Positions 37,425-50,095 are shown, counted from the stretch's first letter. The stretch: DNA of 64,000 nucleotides from Octopus sinensis (GCF_006345805.1 NC_043014.1:33852001-33916000); one strand, 5' to 3'. Program-made: numbers and translations. The notes: generated by a model from the letters alone, not told the origin.

Positions 37425-37833
37425 GGCGGTGAGCTGGCAGAAACGTTAGCACGCTGGGCGAAATGATTTGCGGTATTTCGTCTGCCGCTACGTTCTGAGT
37501 TCAAATTCCGCCGAGGTCGACTTTGCCTTTCATCCTTTCGTGGTCGATTAAATAAGTACCAGTTATGCACTGGGATCGATGTAATCGACTTAATCCGTTT
37601 GTCTGTCCTTGTTTGTCCTCTCTGTGTTTAGCCCCTTAAGGGCAGTAAAGAAATAAGAAATAAGGAACAAAAGAACTGCCGGATGATTTTGCCTTTCATC
37701 CTTTCAGGGTCGATAAATTAAGTACCAGTTACGCACTGGGGTCTGTCCTTGTTTGTCCCCTCTATGTTTAACCCCTTAAGGGCAGTAAAGAAATAAGAAA
37801 TAAGGAACAAAAGAACTGCCGGATGATTTTTGC
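37425..37833 (+). mobile_element. Nin-domain SINE with local tandem duplication of its 3' end and flank
   Basis: aagaaataagaaataaggaacaaaagaactgccggatgatttt is present twice (~37650 and ~37790). Confidence 0.85.
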
Positions 37834-38364
37834 TTACAGAAGACACATACAATGTCACTGCTGCCGAAACAGTGTCAATGTGAAGAAGAGGATAAGAAAT
37901 ATTCCACGCGCGTGCGCACATACACGCGCACACACACACACACACACAATGTACGTACATATGTAGATATACATACATGCATGGATGGATACATACATAC
38001 ATACATACAACACGTACACACACGATAGGTTTTTATTAAATTTTTCTCACAAGGCATTTCTCACTGTAATTCTCAACCATTATCTTGCCTATGGATTCCT
38101 TTGATTCCTATTTCACTCTACTGTACCCCCATAACCATTTGATGCGTATAAAAACCACCCTGCTGTATTTTTTAATCAAATATTATTAGGAATTGTATTT
38201 AAAAAATTTTATATTTTCTATATTACAAAAGCATAAGCAATTATTATGCATAAATTTTAACAAGGGCCAAATAGACCCCGGTTGAGAATCACAGCATAGT
38301 AGAAAATGCATACCGAGAAGGAATCCCAGAAACTACACAGCTACCCTTGCTGGGTATGGCTGTA

Positions 38365-39315
38365 GGCACAGATGAGATTATGTGGTCGATGAGCTTGCTT
38401 TCAAACCATATATTGGGTTGTCCGGAAAGTTTGTGCTGATTTTTAAAGGAAAGAAAAAGGTCAATGAATACTTGCCATTACATTTTTAATCAACCAAATA
38501 TGAACCATTTTGTTGCACAATGCGTCTCCATCTTTCCTTTAACTTGAAAATACCCTCTTCCCAGAATTGAGGTGGTTTCATGGCAAAAAATTCATCAAGG
38601 TATCTTTTTACGTCATCCAAGGAATTGAAATTTTTACCATCAAGACTATTCTGCAGAGACCTGAATAAGTGGAAATCCGAAGGAGCAATATCTGGTGAAT
38701 ATGGAGGGTGGGGTAACACATCACAGCCGAGCTGCAGCAATTTTTGTCTGGTTCCAAAGCATCAAATGCCGAAAATGAACTTTCTTATCTTCCATTTTAA
38801 AGGGTTACAGAATTAACACAGGTTATAGGAACATAAAGCTTCTTCCACGAAAAGATGGCTTAAACTGTGCTCTAAATGGAGGTGTAGTCAAATCCTATTT
38901 TATGGACTCAACCATGTTCTAAAATAAGTCGAAAGGTAAGCTGCTATAAATCGGCACGAACTTTCCGGACAACCCAATAGTTTGGAGCTCAGTTCCACAG
39001 CACAGCAAGTGTTTGGTAAGTGTCTTGTAAGTGGGCGGAAACTGAACGAAGCCAATTACATATGTATATAAGTCTATATGTATGAGTTCATGTGTATATA
39101 TAATTTCTTGCTTTGAAACCATGTGGCGGTTGTAAACGAGCATCATACAAGTGATGCTCATTTCTAATCTTCCATGGAAAACATGCCTGGCTATTGGAAA
39201 TATTGCCTTGTTTGGAAACAGGTGAAGTTTGATGACAAGAAAGACTTTCAGCAGTAGAAAACTAGCCACAGTAAATTCCGTCTGATCCATGCAAGCAGTG
39301 AAAAGTGGACCTTAT
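38365..39315 (+). mobile_element. tRNA-headed SINE with RTE-like tail (family 5), split by a mariner element
   Basis: The head at 38365-38412 resumes at 38980. The tail is ..ccatgcaagcagtgaaaagtggac. A related host copy spans 48490-48760 and 50097-50250. Confidence 0.7.
38413..38977 (-). mobile_element. Internally deleted mariner with intact TIRs and TA TSD
   Basis: TIRs are TTGGGTTGTCCGGAAAGTTTGTGCTGATTT and TTGGGTTGTCCGGAAAGTTCGTGCCGATTT, with TA at 38411-12 and 38978-79. ORF 38486-38740 carries HPPYSPDIAPSDFHLF. Confidence 0.95.
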
Positions 39316-39359
39316 ATAAAATACGTGAGAAATTTGACTGCCGATTGTTGGTCCAGCCA

Positions 39360-40560
39360 TTTAGTTGCTTTCCGAGTAAGAGAGGGTGAGAAAGAAAGTT
39401 TACTAAGAAATAAAAGAGAGGGTACAATTTTCCTTTAAGGAGAGAGAACCGCTCAGAGTTAATAATTTATTATTATTATTATTATTATTATTAGAGGTAT
39501 TTTTCGTATGAGAGAGCATATGGAATATTTCCATTTTTATATTTCCAATAATAATCCTTTTTTTTTTTCATTTTAAGTGCCCTTGTAGTTGTAGATAACG
39601 TTATTTCGCCCCTTCTTATGATCTCCTCAGCACAACATAACTTGGTAGCATAAAATTAGTTGGTCTACGTTCATTAAAAACCTTTAGGAAATATATACGA
39701 TCGATTTTTTTTCTCCCGTTTCTTTTTTCTTACTATCTTAACATTGAAGAAAAGAAGTGAAGAGACAGAGGCAGGGAAATGAAAGTCTTGAGTCATTTAA
39801 ATCTAAAATTAACATTATACACAAGTATGATCGATATTTTCTATTTTCTTTACTTTTAACAGCGGAGGAGAGACGAAATGGGAATGAGATTGCGTGATAA
39901 GAAGAGAGAAAGTCCCTTACGTGTTCAGGCTTTCATTCTGGAGTTTTGAAGGATCTTGTTTTATTTCTCCCCCCACCTTTTTTTTCTCCAGTACTTATTC
40001 GCCTTGTTTGATAAGTCTTCATGTAGACACATTTACCGTTTTCTCTACAAACTATATACAACCCCCCCCCCTCTGTGTTTTTCTCGGGGGCAAATGTGGG
40101 ATCTCTGGTCGTATTTCCATGTTGCTTATCACGTCTGGATGACTTAGGATCAATTTCCAATATATTTCACCACACCATGACACACTGCCATAAGTTTTGA
40201 GTGTAGCATTCAGAATTCGACCAACGTTTAACACACATGAAGGAAATTTCACTAGTGACTGTTGGTACTGCCACCTACAGTTGCTTTCGGAATAAGAGAG
40301 GTCGAGAGAGCTTACTAAAAAATTAAAGAGAGGGAGTTTACCTTTAAGGGGAGAGAATCGCTCAGGGTTTATAATTTTTTTTTTATCATGAGGTATTTTT
40401 CATATGTGTGAGTGAGCATATGAAATAGTATTTCCATATAATTCTTTTTTCTGTTTTTTTATCATTTAAGTGTCGTAGTAATTATAACGTTATTTTGCCC
40501 TCTTTATGAGCTCCTCAGTACAACACAACTTGGGATTATGTAATTAGTTAGTCTATGTTC
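39360..40560 (+). repeat. Diverged direct duplication (39360-39680 and 40278-40560)
   Basis: agttgctttc..taagagagg..cctttaagg.gagagaa.cgctcag..ttatgagctcctcag.acaacacaactt is shared. Confidence 0.8.
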
Positions 40561-40639
40561 ATTTATTATATGTATATAGAGAAAGACAAATAGACAACTA
40601 GATCAAAGGAAGGCTACTTGGGAAGATAGTTTTTGTATG

Positions 40640-41225
40640 TGGCCTATGCCAGGGATATAACCAGCCCACTTATGCATACCTTTCCTTCATAGGACACTAA
40701 ACTCTACTTGCAAAGACCTGTTGAGGCAAGTGAAATCGAAATGGAAATCAAAATCAAATTCGATGACTGGCATCCATGCTAGTGGAGCGCTAAGAGTACC
40801 ATATGAGCGTGATCGTTGCCAGAGCAACAAGCTGGCCTCCGTGCCGGTGGCACATAAAAAACACCATTCAAGCGTGATCGTTACCTGCGTTGCCTTACTG
40901 GCACTTGTGCTGGTGGCATGTGAAAAACATTCGAGCGAGGTTGTTGCCAGTGCTGCTGGACTGGCTCCTGTGCAGGTGGCACATAAAAAACACCATTTGA
41001 GCGTGGCCGTTGCTAGTACCGCCAGACTGGCCCTCGTGCAGGTGGCACGTAAAAGCACCCACTACACTCTCAGAGTGGTTGGCATTAGGAAGGGCATCCA
41101 GCTGTAGAAACTCTGCCAGATCAGATCGGAGTCTGGTGCAGCCATCTGGTTCGCTAGACCTCAGTCAAATCGTCCAACCCATGCTAGCATGGAAAGCGGA
41201 TCTTAAACGATGATGATGATGATGA
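40640..41225 (+). mobile_element. RTE LINE 3' UTR with (GAT)n tail
   Basis: It ends ..ccaacccatgctagcatggaaagcggatcttaaacgatgatgatgat, like the RTE end at 49860-50095. It has internal ~60-bp tandem units. Confidence 0.85.
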
Positions 41226-41269
41226 CAGATAGGAAAGGAAAGAAATTGAAAATTTAAGGATCGAGTATC

Positions 41270-42119
41270 TTTATTGAATGATAAAATGGTTTACTTTTTA
41301 TTTTGTTTATTGTTGCTAGCTCTGTTATTACTGTTATTATACTTTGCAGTATAATGTAATATAGAGCGCCACAGTTTCATGGAAGGTAGCATTGAATAAT
41401 GTAGAGTAATGTAGTGTATTTATTGCTTTTTTTTTTCATGTTCCAATGTTTGTTTTGTGAAATTCTTCCCTGGTTAAGTGAACCCTTCCATCTGGCACCA
41501 CACTTAGGTAAGGAACACTCCAGCTTGAGGTTTTATATAAATAAATGGGAAAAATAAAACATATGAAAAATTTCTGCCGACCGCTCCAAGATAAAGAAAT
41601 GGACATTATAATGATGATGATGACGACGATGATGACAATAACGATGACTACAATGACAATGATGACAAAGATAATGTCAACGATGAAGATGATGATAATG
41701 ATGATAAGGAGGAGGGGAGCAGAAAGAGGAGGACAATGATGACAACAACAATCATGATGTTGATGATGATGATGAGGAGGAGGAGATGATGAGGAGGAGG
41801 AGGAGGAAATGATGATGAGGAGGAGGAGGAAATGAGGAGGGGAGCAGAAAGAGGAACACAATGCTGACAACAATCATGATGTTGATAATGTTGATGATGG
41901 TGATGATGATGATGACAACAACAATGATGACAAAGATGACAACAATGAATATGACAACGTTAATGATGAAGATGACGACCGTAATGATGATGAGAGTAGC
42001 AGGAGGAGGACAATAGCAGCAAGAATCACGATGGTGATAACGGTGATGACAAACAATGATGACAATGTTTACTGGAAAGTTCCAGAGAGTTAAGTGTCCA
42101 ATCTCTGGTCACTCAGATG
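41270..42119 (-). other. Putative 3' UTR of the minus-strand gene, containing (GAT/GAG/GAC)n triplet tracts
   Basis: Follows the stop codon. AATAAA hexamers occur on the minus strand near 41420, 41300 and 41270-41275. Confidence 0.45.
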
Positions 42120-42198
42120 TCAGATATTCCTGGTACAAGGATCTTCAAGCTGGACCATCTCTTGTGGGTGAAGATTTCTGAGTTTTCTATCAACATCT
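42120..42198 (-). CDS. Last coding exon of an unidentified gene (R)DVDRKLRNLHPQEMVQLEDPCTRNI*
   Basis: Acceptor ttaatctttgttttcag|A. Phase 2 matches the upstream exon, which ends in AG. The stop TGA is at 42122-42120. Confidence 0.75.
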
Positions 42199-42602
42199 CT
42201 GAAAACAAAGATTAATGTTGATTAAGATTAACTGATATAACTAAATTATTTTCTTTTAAAAATGAATTTTAGATGGTGAATCACACACACACACACAACC
42301 CATTCAGCTAAAAGCAGATGTACTGCATATCATCAGCAATAAATTCAAATTTATTGAATTTTCTTCCTAAACTGAAGAAAATGAAAACCTAACAATTGTT
42401 AGCGACTCTCAAAGACAAGGGGAGATAACTTCAAGAAATTAAAAGTTGATTTTCATGCCTAATTATTTCCTTTATTATTTCCCATAATTATTTCATTTTT
42501 TACTAATTATGCAAATTATACTATTCCATAATTTGTTTGCAACTCATTTTCTATATGTAAAAAAATTATGGTAATGGAATGACAGGCTTGAGTAAGCTCT
42601 AA

Positions 42603-42641
42603 TATGCTGATGAAGTCTAATAGACAGAAACATGGCCATAG
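42603..42641 (+). ncRNA. Degenerate minimal hammerhead motif
   Basis: tatg-CTGATGA-a-GTCT-aat-AGAC-a-GAAAC-ATGG-c-cata. The position expected to be U16.1 is G. Confidence 0.35.
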
Positions 42642-44004
42642 CTGTCCATTACTAGCAAACAAAGTCTTACCTTTCACTATACTAATTTTGAGAAATTAAT
42701 TTGAAATTCGTTTAAAAAAATTATCTCCCGTTTTTCTTTAAGGCACAAGAACATGTCGCTAGGTCTTTGTTTTCTTCTTACAACTAAATAGAAAATTTCA
42801 AGGTGTGTGTGTGTGTGTGTGACATTAAGGGTATGAGCCATTAACATAAATATTTAATATAACGAAGAAACAATACAACAACAACAAAAAATGAAAATAA
42901 ATAAATACTCCAGCTCCACCACTACCACCACCACTGTTATCATCAACTTCACAAGTAGTTGTAACACCATTGCCATCCCCACCATCAACGCCACCACCAC
43001 TACCACCACCACCACCACTACCACTACCACCACCACCACTACCACCACCACCACTTTACCACATGGGATGTGATGACCTTAGGCAGAAAATAGATAAAAT
43101 AAATATTCCAGATTAGCCCACCACACACAAACACACACACACACACACACACAGTTTCCTGAGACTCTTTCATCTTTTCTTCCTGTGACTTCTGAACCTC
43201 TCTCCTACTTTATATAAATGGTGGACACACACACAGAGTTAGTATGTACATATGCATACACTACTTTCTATACACATACTCACATACATACATACATATA
43301 CATGCATATATGTATGTATGTGTGTCTGTATATGTATATGTGAGTATGTATACAGAAAGTAATATATACTTTACGTATATATACACACATATAACACACA
43401 CACATACACACACACATACATACATACATACATACATACATACACATAAAATAAACACACACACACACGTACATACAGATACATATTTACATACATGCAC
43501 ACACGGAACTCAAAAGTCATCAAGTGGGTGGCAAAAGTAGGGCAGAAGGTGTTTGCATATGTGCATGAGTAAGCAGAAGATAGCACACTCCTCACCGCCA
43601 TTATCACCACCACCATCACCACCACCACCACCAGTGCCAACACCATCATTAACCCTGGCACATTCACCAGCACCATTATAACCACAGTTGCAGCCACCAT
43701 CTTCATCGCCACCATTACCCATAAGAGTGTGTGTGTGTGTAGATGAGTATATGGTCGGACAAGTTGATTTGAGAAAATTTGGTTTAAATGTTTGACAACT
43801 CAGCACCGTCCATTGGACGGGAGAGGGGACGTTTTGCTCGTATGTACATAAACCATACATATGTACACTACGTGCTTATAGTTATTGTTGATGTTACGTC
43901 ATACAAACCAACCTCCATGGAACAAACCTGAGACCTATGATCCAAAGCATTACAGCCACAACCCCCTAATCTGGATTTGTTTTATACACAGTGTAATAAG
44001 GTAT

Positions 44005-44221
44005 ACTCTCTTTACTCTTTTACTTGTTTCAGGCATTTGACTGTGGCCATGCTGGAGCACTGCCTTTAGTCGAGCAAATTGACCCCAGGACTTATTCTTT
44101 GTAAGCCTAGTACTTATTCTATCAGTCTCTTTTGCCAAATCGCTAAGTTACGGGGACATAACACACCAGCATCGGTTATCAAGCAATGTTAGGAAGACAA
44201 ACACAGATGCACAAACATACA

Positions 44222-44279
<58 letters not shown>

Positions 44280-44742
44280 AATAGGAAACTGAAAGAAGCC
44301 CATCGTATATATATATATATATATATATATATACGATGGGCTTCTTTCAGTTTCCTATTTCTTTATTACCCACAAGGGGCTAAACACAGAGGGGACAAAC
44401 AAGGACAGACATAGGTATTAAGTCAATTACACTGACTCCAGTGCGTAACTGGTACTTAATTTATCGACCCCGAAAGGATGAAAGGCAAAGTCGACCTCGG
44501 CGGAATTTGAACTCACAACGTAACGGCAGACGAAATACCGCTAAGTATTTCGCCCGGCGTGCTAATGTTTCTGCCAGCTCGCCGCCTTATTTCAGTTTCC
44601 GTCTACCAAATCCACTCACAAGGCTTTGGTCGGTCCGATGCTATAGTAGAAGACACTTGCCCAAGGTGCCACGCAGTGGGACTGAACCCGGAACCATGTG
44701 GTTGGTAAGCAAGCTACTTACCACACAGCCACTCCTACGCCT
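44005..44742 (-). mobile_element. SINE family 2 split by a Nin SINE (44356-44587, minus strand) with 11-bp TSD
   Basis: TTTCAGTTTCC is duplicated at 44345-44355 and 44590-44600. Confidence 0.9.
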
Positions 44743-45079
44743 ACATATCTAGAATTATACTAATCAACATGCATTTTTTTTATTACAGTAAGGTGTGATT
44801 CGAGGGAGATTTGGCTGTTATTTCTAACTAGTCACTTAACCACATAGTGCTTCCTTTGTTGAGCTTAATTTGTTGAAAACAGATTTAGATAAAACAAAAA
44901 CACAAAAGAACAATCCAGTCCCACCACCCCTGCCATATCCCTCCCACAGGGAGGAGCAAAAGATGGAGAATGACTGGGGAAGATGTAGGGGCAACCTTTG
45001 CCACAGACTACTGGCAAACATCTGGTTCAACACACTCCTGCCTTGTATATAAACAGAAGAGAAGAACAGTTTAACATTA

Positions 45080-45150
<71 letters not shown>

Positions 45151-45574
45151 GGTCTTTGAAAGATAGTGCTGTAGGAAGGAGGAGAAAAGCTCAAAGAGTT
45201 GTTTGGGGGTTTGTTTTTCAATAGAATTGGCCCCATCTTGTTATAATTGGGGAAAGTTAAAGAGAAAGCAAGACAAAGAGAGAGAGAGATAGGGGGGAAA
45301 TGCTTGGGGAAAGAGAAACAAAGAAGGTATGGAGTAAAAGACATAGAGAGAGAGAGAGGCAGAGAGACTGTAAGAGAGAAAGAGACAGAGGAAGACAGAG
45401 AGAAAGAGTGAGAGAAAAAACAATTAACAGAGATAAAGAGCAGTAGGATGGTGGAACAAGGTGAAAGCATGAAGGTTTGATGTAGAAGTGATGAGGGAGT
45501 AGGAGAGAATTATGGTGAAGAGACCCCATGGTGGTAAAAAGTGGCTGATGGGACCATACAGTTAGAGACGCAAA

Positions 45575-46115
45575 GGCGGCGAGCTGGCAGAAACGTTAGC
45601 ATGCCGGGCGAAATGCGTAGCAGTATTTCGTCTGCCATTAGGTTCTGAGTTCAAATTCCGCCGAGGTCGACTTTGCCTTTCATCCTTTCGGGGTCGATTA
45701 ACCCCTTACCCAACAATTATTTTGAAAATAAATGTACTTTTTCAGACATATTTTTTAATTGTTTTATTTTACTATGTTTTGAATGGTGATTTCGAGGTAT
45801 ATTTCAAACCTTATTTATTATGAATTTTAATTCAATAATATTGATTTTAAATTACCGCTTTGGGCAGAAACGAGTTAACCTGTTTTTAGATGAAGGAACT
45901 CGTTTGCTGTCGATTTTGGCGAGTCTATCTTTGACGAGTTAACTCGCCAGAGATAGAAAAAAACGATTTCGGTCAAAACGCATATATTCGTTTCTGCCGG
46001 GTAAGGGGTTAAATAAGTACCAGTTACGCACTGGGGTCGATATAATTGACTTAATCCGTTTGTCTGACCTTGTTTGTCCCCTCTGTGTTTAGCCACTTGT
46101 GGGTAGTAAAGAAAT
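45575..46115 (+). mobile_element. Nin-domain SINE split by a TTAA-target MITE
   Basis: The SINE reads ..ggggtcgattaa|insert|ataagtaccag.. Confidence 0.9.
45702..46008. mobile_element. piggyBac-type MITE (TTAA TSD, CCCCTTACCC termini)
   Basis: TTAA at 45698-45701 and 46009-46012. The ends CCCCTTACCC and GGGTAAGGGG are inverted. Confidence 0.85.
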
Positions 46116-46494
46116 ACATATAGTTAGAGAGGCAGAGAGCACAGCAGATACAACTAGAGCTATATTGGTGTCAAATTTTGGCACAAGGCCAGCAATTTCA
46201 GGGGAGAGGATAAATTGATACCATCAACCTCTGTGTTCAACGAGTAGTTATTTTATTGAGCCCAAAAGGATGGAAAACAAAGGTAGAACTCAGAACGTAA
46301 AGACGGATGAAATGCTGCTAGGCATTTCACTCGGCATTCTAACGATTCAGCCAGTTTGCCATGTTATGTATATTATTACAATGCTGAGGTAACAAGATTA
46401 ATGGTCCATATTTCATCAGGAATTAGCAGTGTATATATATATATGTGCATGTGTGTGTGTGTGTGTATATATATATAAATATATATATATATAG

Positions 46495-46870
46495 GCTTAG
46501 GAGTGGCTATGGGGTAAGTAGCTTGCTTACCAACCACATGGTTCTGGGTTCAGTCCCACTGCGTGGCACCTTGGGCCTCGGGCCGACAAAGCCTTGTGAG
46601 TGGATTTGGTAGACAGAAACTGAAAAGAAGCCCATCGTATATATGTATATATATGTATGTGTGTGTGTATGTTTGTGTGTCTGTGTTTGCCCCCCAACAT
46701 CACTTCACAACTGATGCTGGTGTGTTTACATCCCTGTAACTTAGCAGTTCAGCAAAACAGACCAATAGAATAATTACTAGGCTTACAAAGAATAAGTCCT
46801 GGGATTGATTTGCTCGACTAAAGGCAGTGCTCCAGCATGGCCACAGTCAAATGACTGAAACAAGTAAACA
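46495..46870 (+). mobile_element. SINE family 2, full length
   Basis: Runs from the head ataggcttaggagtggct to the tail tgactgaaacaagtaaa. Confidence 0.9.
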
Positions 46871-46987
46871 AAAAAAATACACACATACACACACACATGT
46901 ACATATATATATATATACATACACACACATACGTACATATATATATACATACACACACACACATTTATACACATATACATAATTACA

Positions 46988-47277
46988 TGTATAAATATAA
47001 ATAAACTAACATCTGTTTTTTATAAGCGTCTGTATATTGAACAATACAAATTAGATGATATTTCTTCAAATGCAAAATTGCCATTAGAACAGCCGAAATA
47101 GTGAGTAAAGTACCCTTAAAAAGTGGCGAACTCTGTCAACAACCTGCCACAGGAACGGTATTTCGGCTGTTCTAATGGCAATTTTGAGTTTGAAAAAATA
47201 TCATCTAATTTGTATCATTCAATAAAACATTTCAACACTTATAAAAAACAAATGTTACGCTTGTTTATATTTATACA
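46988..47277. mobile_element. AT-rich foldback/MITE (arms 46988-47100 and 47159-47277)
   Basis: ..tacaaattagatgatattt..aaaattgccattagaacagccgaaata is mirrored by tatttcggctgttctaatggcaatttt..atatcatctaatttgta. Confidence 0.85.
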
Positions 47278-47333
47278 CATAGTTGTGGACTTAGCTATTT
47301 AGCGTCTAAAATTGCAGATGAATTTGTCAACAG

Positions 47334-47403
47334 GCAGTCTAGCTTAATGGTGAAGCACCCAGCTGGAGTCTTTGAGGGATATGGGTTTGAGTCCCATGGC
47401 TGG
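47334..47403 (+). pseudogene. tRNA-like sequence bracketed by 12-bp inverted repeats
   Basis: A-box TAGCTTAATGG, T-arm ATGGG-TTTGAGT-CCCAT and loop CT-GGA-GT. The flanks are aatttgtcaaca (47321-32) and tgttgacagatt (47405-16). Confidence 0.45.
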
Positions 47404-47533
47404 TTGTTGACAGATTTTTCCACGTTTTAAGGGTAATTTACCCAGTATATTTGATGTTCTAATAGCAGTCCTGCATTCAAAACAATATCAAACATAATCA
47501 TATTATATACGTATACACATACACATATGCTGA

Positions 47534-47867
47534 GACCCCCTTCGATCATGACTGACCATGGGATTGCAACTAGAAAGTTACCCTCCCAGGCACAAGTCTG
47601 GGCAAGGTTGTTTATGGAAAACCAGCAGTTGCCCATGCATACCAGCCTCCCCTCTCCACACCACCAATGTTATCTAAGGGAAAGGCAAAGGCTGATACAG
47701 ATTGGCACCAGTGATGTCACAACTCATTTCTACAGCTGAGTGAACTGGAGCAACATGGAATAAAGTGTCTTGCTCAAAAACACAACATGCAGCCCAGTCC
47801 AGGATTCGAACTTACACCCTCACAATCGTAAGCTCTACTCTCTAACCACTGAGCCATACGCCTTCAC
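47534..47867 (-). mobile_element. tRNA-derived SINE, family 4
   Basis: Inverted partner of 48135-48470. Another full copy lies at 60296-60626 (+) and a partial one at 27115-27225 (-). Confidence 0.9.
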
Positions 47868-48081
47868 CACAAACATATATACATATGCTTTCACATACAC
47901 CATGAAGATTACTTGGAGACACAAGGTGTGTTATAAAAACCTGCCTACACCCGTATCACCAAGCAAGAAAATATTAGCAGCTTGTATCTTTATACTGTGT
48001 GCATTAAAGGATAATGATATTTATCCTTCACTGGATGGAGCACATTTTTTATTGGTCTTACCTTAATGGAACAATAAACTC

Positions 48082-48131
<50 letters not shown>

Positions 48132-48134
48132 TGT

Positions 48135-48470
48135 GTGAAGGCACATGGCTCAGTGGTTAGAGCATCAAGCTAACAATCATGAGGTTGTGAGTTTGATTCC
48201 TAGACCAGGCTGTGTGTTGTGTGCTAGGGCAAGACACTTTATTTCACGTTGCTCTAGTTCACTCAGCTGTAGAAATGAGTTGCTATGTCACTGGTGCCAA
48301 GATGTATCAGCCTTTGCCTTTACCTTGCATAACATTGGTGGTGTGGAGAGGGAAGGCTGGATGGCATGAGTTACTGCTGGTCTTCTGTAAACAACTTTGC
48401 CCATGCTTGTGCCTCGGAGCAGAACTTTCTAGGTGCAATCCCATGGTCATTCCTGACCAAAGGTGGTCTT
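48135..48470 (+). mobile_element. tRNA-derived SINE, family 4
   Basis: gtgaaggcacatggctcagtggttagagc..gagtttgattcc..tgaccaaaggtggtctt. Confidence 0.9.
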
Positions 48471-48760
48471 TACTCTTTATATATGTGTGTGGGATGCAGG
48501 CAAGGCTGTGAGATTAAGAAGTCTGCTTCCCAACCACATGGCACCTTAGACATGTATTCTACTATGTCCACAGAGCAACCAAAGTCTTGTGAATGGTTTT
48601 GGTATGTGGAAACTGTAAAAAGCCTATCATATATGTGTGCAAATGGGTGTGTGAGTACATTTGAGTCTTCGTGTCTTGACAGCACACGATAGTTGTAAAC
48701 AAGTATCACCATCATACAAGCAGTGTTTTCATTACTAATCTTCCATGAAAATTAATTAAG

Positions 48761-50095
48761 GCCCCTGGGAGCTCCTCTATGCCGATGACCTAGCTCTCAT
48801 AGCAGAATCACTACCGGAACTAGAAGAGAAATTTCGGGTGTGGAAGCAAGGGTTGGAATCAAAGGGCCTTAGAATAAATGTAGCAAAGACCAAAGTATTA
48901 GTAAGCAGCAAGAGGTACTCAGCACACATCCCCTCGGGTAGGTGGCCCTGCTCAACCTGTAGGAAAGGTACAGGTAGAAACTCCATAAGATGCACCCAAT
49001 GTAAGTTATGGACACATAAGAGGTGCAGCAACATTAAAGGGAAATTAACAGATAAGATAGCTTTCATGTGCGGCAGATGCACAGGGACAATAGACACAAC
49101 AGACACTCAGAAAACAGATTCCATCACACTCCAGGGAGAGAAACTAGAAGTAGTTGATAGTTTCCGCTACCTGGGAGACCAAGTTAGTAGCGGAGGTGGA
49201 TGCACAGAGAGTATCACCACTAGAATACGAATAGCCTGGGCAAAGTTCAGAAAGCTCCTACCCCTACTGGCAACAAAAGGTCTCTCCCTCAGAGCAAAAG
49301 GTAGATTGTATGATGCATGTGTGCGAACTGCCATGCTTCACGGTAATGAAACATGGGCTGTGACTGCAGAAGACATGCGTAGACTTGAAAGAAATGAAGC
49401 TAGCATGATCCGCTGGATGTGTAGTGTCAGTGTGCACGCAAAACAGAGTGTAAGTATCCTGAGAGAAATGCTGGATATAAGAAGCATCAGATGTGGTGTG
49501 CAAGAGCGACGCTTGCGATGGTATGGTCATGTGCTGCGGATGGATGAAGAGAGATGTGTGAAGAAGTGCCACTCCCAAACAGTTGAAGGTATCAGGGGAG
49601 AGGTAGACCCAGGAAGACATGGGATGAGGTGGTCAAGCATGACCTCAGAGCATTGGGCCTCTTTGAGGCAATGGCGAAGGACCGAGATCTCTGGAGATAT
49701 GCTGTGACTACAAAGACCCGGGCTGCTTTCTGCAGCAATTCCACATACCCCCTACCCATTCTAAGTACCCCGGATCCCCAAAGTACCCTGGATCCCCAAA
49801 GTACCCCGATCCCCAAAGTACCCCGGACCTCGTTGCCCCCGTGCCGCTGACACGTTAAAATGCTCGAACCGATCGTGACGATGCCGGACCCTCCGGCCCC
49901 TGTGCAGGTGGCACGTAAAAAGCACCCAATCCACTCACGGAGTGGTTGGCGTTAGGAAGGGCATCCAGCCGTAGAAACTCTGCCAGATTCAGACTGGAGC
50001 CTGGAGCGGCCCCTGGCTTCCCAGACCCGGTCGAACCGTCCAACCCGTGCTAGCGCGGAAAGCGGACGTTAAACGATGATGATGATGATGATGAT
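48761..50095 (+). mobile_element. 5'-truncated RTE-clade LINE (open frame 48763-49707)
   Basis: PWELLYADDLALIAESL is in frame with ORF 48838-49707. It has a Cys-rich insert CSTC..CTQC..H..C..CGRC, FRYLGDQV and RLRWYGHVLRMD, then a 3' UTR and a (GAT)n tail. Confidence 0.95.
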
